From an uncultured bacterium (GTDB lineage Bacteria > Patescibacteriota > Minisyncoccia > UBA6257 > 2-01-FULL-56-20), in the NCBI GenBank assembly GCA_963844965.1, contig CAWJQC010000009.1:32001-96000 (forward strand): a stretch of DNA of 64,000 nt. The letters run 5' to 3'. The notes beneath the pieces are model-generated. The model had not been told where the DNA came from. It saw only the letters and a program-made list of their open reading frames with translations, and ran no database searches. The translations under genes and the position numbers were made by a program. This document shows, one piece after another, positions 61,711-64,000 of the stretch. Within the stretch, counting starts at the first letter, position 1. Each line of letters begins with the position of its first letter.

Positions 61711-62607
61711 TTAATCCTCTTTCTCGCTGTGAAACAGGAAATCCAGAAACTTTTCGCCAAACGTCTTGGGAAGTTCAGGGTAACCGGTCGCCCTCCTTAT
61801 CTCGCGCAGATGCAGTCTTGTCTCTTCGGCCCCGATGCCGATGATCTCCCGCGCGCTGCCGAAGCTGAAGGTGCCAAAACCAAAGATCTGCGGCTTAATG
61901 ACCACGTCCGCCTGCTTCAGTATGTTCTTGGCGAGCTGATACTCAACGATGCCCAGCGAGCTTGAGATAGCGGCATACATGCTTTTTGTATCTATCGCCT
62001 CGTCCGGCGAATCAGCCCATCGCGAAGAAACGTCAACGGCTATAACATATTCAGCACCCATTTCCCTCACAATGTCCGCCGGCACCGGATTCACGAGGCC
62101 GCCATCCATCAGTAATTTGCCGCCGGCTTCAACTGGACTGAAAATCAACGGCAGGGCGATGCTCGCATCCACGGCATCCATCAACTTACCGCTCTTCAAG
62201 ATCACCTCATCCCCATTTCTCGCGTCAGTGGCCACGGCCACGAAAGGAACTTTACAATCCTTAAAACTAAGGTTATGGAATGACGATTTCAGCAAGTGGC
62301 TCACGGAATCGCCCTTAAAGAGCGCGCCTTTTTTATGCCTCAGCATCTCCGTAACCGGGAAAATCTCGCGTGGCTTGATCTTTAAAAACAAATCTTCCAG
62401 AAATTCTATGTCTTCCGTGGCTGCGTACCAGGCGCCAACGAGCGCGCCCATGCTGGTTCCCGCAATAAAATCAATGGAGATGCCGGCGTTTTTTAAAACC
62501 TTAATAACGCCGATGTGCGCCAGACCCTTGGCTCCGCCGCCGCCGAGAGCGAGCCCCGTAGTGAGCCGAGCACCTCTTTTTTCTTTGCGCACCCGCGACA
62601 AGTTCAT
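61711..62607 (-). CDS. Patatin-like phospholipase
   Basis: GGGAKG oxyanion motif, GTSMG nucleophile elbow, and DGG; the start is assigned to the internal Met (MNLSRVRK). Confidence 0.75.
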   Translation of the reverse strand: MNLSRVRKEKRGARLTTGLALGGGGAKGLAHIGVIKVLKNAGISIDFIAGTSMGALVGAWYAATEDIEFLEDLFLKIKPREIFPVTEMLRHKKGALFKGDSVSHLLKSSFHNLSFKDCKVPFVAVATDARNGDEVILKSGKLMDAVDASIALPLIFSPVEAGGKLLMDGGLVNPVPADIVREMGAEYVIAVDVSSRWADSPDEAIDTKSMYAAISSSLGIVEYQLAKNILKQADVVIKPQIFGFGTFSFGSAREIIGIGAEETRLHLREIRRATGYPELPKTFGEKFLDFLFHSEKED

Positions 62608-62731
62608 GATTTTTTTATAGGAATACGCACGACACAAATTCCAAATAGAACAAAACTGGCCAGTGCTCGGTCTACTACGGGGCGAGACCGATTTTTTTCG
62701 TTTTGGGTGCTTTGGCCATGCCGACCGATGT

Positions 62732-63013
62732 TCAATCGCCCAGAAGCACGTATACCGCGCATTTGCCAATCATGGGAAGCACGCCGCCTTCAATCTCCTC
62801 ATCAACCTTATCCAGGGGAACGCTCACGCTGCCGCCGGCGGAAAATAAATGGTCGCCCACGATATAAGCAGTCTTATGCCCGTCTCTGTCGTAAATGAAA
62901 TTTCCCGCAAAGTAGCCGAGTTTTTTGTCGTCGTGGGCGCGGATGTGGCTTCCATCAATCCAGCCGACTTTTTCCCCGCCCCGCCAGATATCCCTGCCAA
63001 CTATTTTAAGCAT
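62732..63013 (-). CDS. Hypothetical small protein
   Basis: 93-aa ORF. Confidence 0.35.
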   Translation of the reverse strand: MLKIVGRDIWRGGEKVGWIDGSHIRAHDDKKLGYFAGNFIYDRDGHKTAYIVGDHLFSAGGSVSVPLDKVDEEIEGGVLPMIGKCAVYVLLGD

Positions 63014-63094
63014 GTCTTTTATGATTATTATAACAAAATCCTTTTAGAAAACAAGGCCGCGGTAAAATACTCCGCGGCCTGCGCATTTCGCGCG

Positions 63095-63517
63095 CTAAGA
63101 CGTTTCAAGCCGGTTCTGGTCGTCAACAAGCGCGAGAAGAACTTTGTTGAGGCTTTTGCTAATGCCACGCTTGTTTTCACTCTCAACAACCCTTTCAATC
63201 TCGGCGCGATTTACGAGAACGATCCTCTTTACCCTATTCATCAAGAAAAATACAGCAAATGCCATGCCAAATCTGAATCTTGAATCTTCAGAACCGATAA
63301 CCGGCAAAATGTGGACTTCATCCGACCGGGCTATGTCGCCCAACTCATTCATGTAATTCTGCAAGCCAACCGGATCGTCCTGTTTCATGTCGCGCGCTGG
63401 CCAATAAACCTCATGACCGTCGCGTTCCAATTCATCAACGTGCTCCCTTGCGGCTGTATGTTCGAGACCTCTATCACAAATCAGAAAGATTTTTTTCTTT
63501 CTTTTCTCGTTTTTCAT
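63095..63517 (-). CDS. Hypothetical protein
   Basis: 140-aa ORF. Confidence 0.4.
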   Translation of the reverse strand: MKNEKRKKKIFLICDRGLEHTAAREHVDELERDGHEVYWPARDMKQDDPVGLQNYMNELGDIARSDEVHILPVIGSEDSRFRFGMAFAVFFLMNRVKRIVLVNRAEIERVVESENKRGISKSLNKVLLALVDDQNRLETS

Positions 63518-63634
63518 AAGCTCCCAGCGGTAACTTTAAAACGGCTGAATATAATATAGGTTACCGCGGGAATTTTTGCAAATAAACAAAAGCGTTTCCC
63601 TACGCTATACCAGCACCTTCCTCAAATATTGCCC

Positions 63635-63690
63635 GGTAAATCCCCACACCTAACAGCGAGCAGGTTTTACTCTGTTACTCGCCATTAGGT
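63635..63690. repeat. Palindromic intergenic repeat element, copy 2 (CCCCACACCTAA … TTAGGTGTGGGGATAAA)
   Basis: Same outer arms as the copy at 46055..46118, with a different inner hairpin. Confidence 0.5.
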
Positions 63691-63712
63691 GTGGGGATAA
63701 AACTTCCCATCA

Positions 63713-64000
63713 TTAAACCAATACCTTCCTAAGATACTGTCCGGTGAAGCTCCCTGCCCTGCGGCTGATTTGCTCCGGCGTGCCTAGGGCGACAATCTTG
63801 CCGCCCTTCTCGCCGCCTTCGGGACCGAGATCAACCACCCAGTCGGCGCATTTAATAACGTCCAAGTTATGTTCAATCACAACGACCGTGTTGCCGCGGT
63901 CAACAAGCTTTTGCAGAACCAAAAGCAGTTTATCCACGTCGTCAAAATGTAGGCCGGTCGTCGGCTCGTCCAAAAGATAAAGGGTGCGGCGCGTGTCACG
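63713..64000 (-). CDS. uvrA: Excinuclease ABC subunit A, C-terminal end (gene continues beyond the window)
   Basis: …[57 protein letters not shown]…GTPEQI… is the UvrA C-terminal ABC signature. Confidence 0.85.
   Translation of the reverse strand, partial: RDTRRTLYLLDEPTTGLHFDDVDKLLLVLQKLVDRGNTVVVIEHNLDVIKCADWVVDLGPEGGEKGGKIVALGTPEQISRRAGSFTGQYLRKVLV

Noticed and set aside
1-64000. Alternative genetic code (TGA=Gly, code 25) as seen in some CPR lineages
   Set aside because: Well-conserved genes terminate normally with TAA/TAG (secD, dnaJ, uvrA C-terminus). TGA is followed by non-coding sequence or a frame change where it occurs, so the standard code 11 fits.
1-64000. CRISPR arrays, rRNA genes, and the CIRCE (HrcA) operator
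   Set aside because: I scanned for regularly spaced direct repeats, rRNA-like conserved stretches and TTAGCACTC-N9-GAGTGCTAA, and found none.

Overview
The window looks like a Patescibacteria/CPR-type chromosome of about 48-50% GC, running from secDF and an hrcA-grpE-dnaK-dnaJ chaperone locus through cysS-dnaB-recR-ychF to uvrC and uvrA. Four features interrupt it. (1) A 7.8-kb segment of about 65-70% GC (about 11447..19240) carries fragmented, Planctomycetes-like giant secreted-protein genes. It abuts a 5'-truncated hrcA and is a probable chimeric join or contaminant, though HGT is possible. (2) A roughly 14-kb integrative element sits next to ychF. It has a large serine recombinase, three excisionase-type HTH proteins, a primase-helicase, a ClpP-like protease, cell-wall-binding beta-helix proteins and a promoter-to-terminator ncRNA candidate of about 570 nt. 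(3) A tightly coupled minus-strand operon runs lexA, a standalone PD-(D/E)xK (HsdR-N-like) nuclease, hsdM, an unknown 217-aa gene, hsdS and a GIY-YIG nuclease. No helicase-type HsdR is present, so this is a candidate SOS-linked, non-canonical restriction/defence system. (4) DnaK carries an N-terminal extension of about 95 aa and GrpE a C-terminal extension of about 80 aa, and the two extensions are clearly homologous. Several genes are split by homopolymer-length frameshifts: secF, both GH130 genes, the recombinase and the beta-helix protein. The code is standard (TAA/TAG/TGA stops). No rRNA or CRISPR was seen. One tRNA-Lys(UUU) was found.
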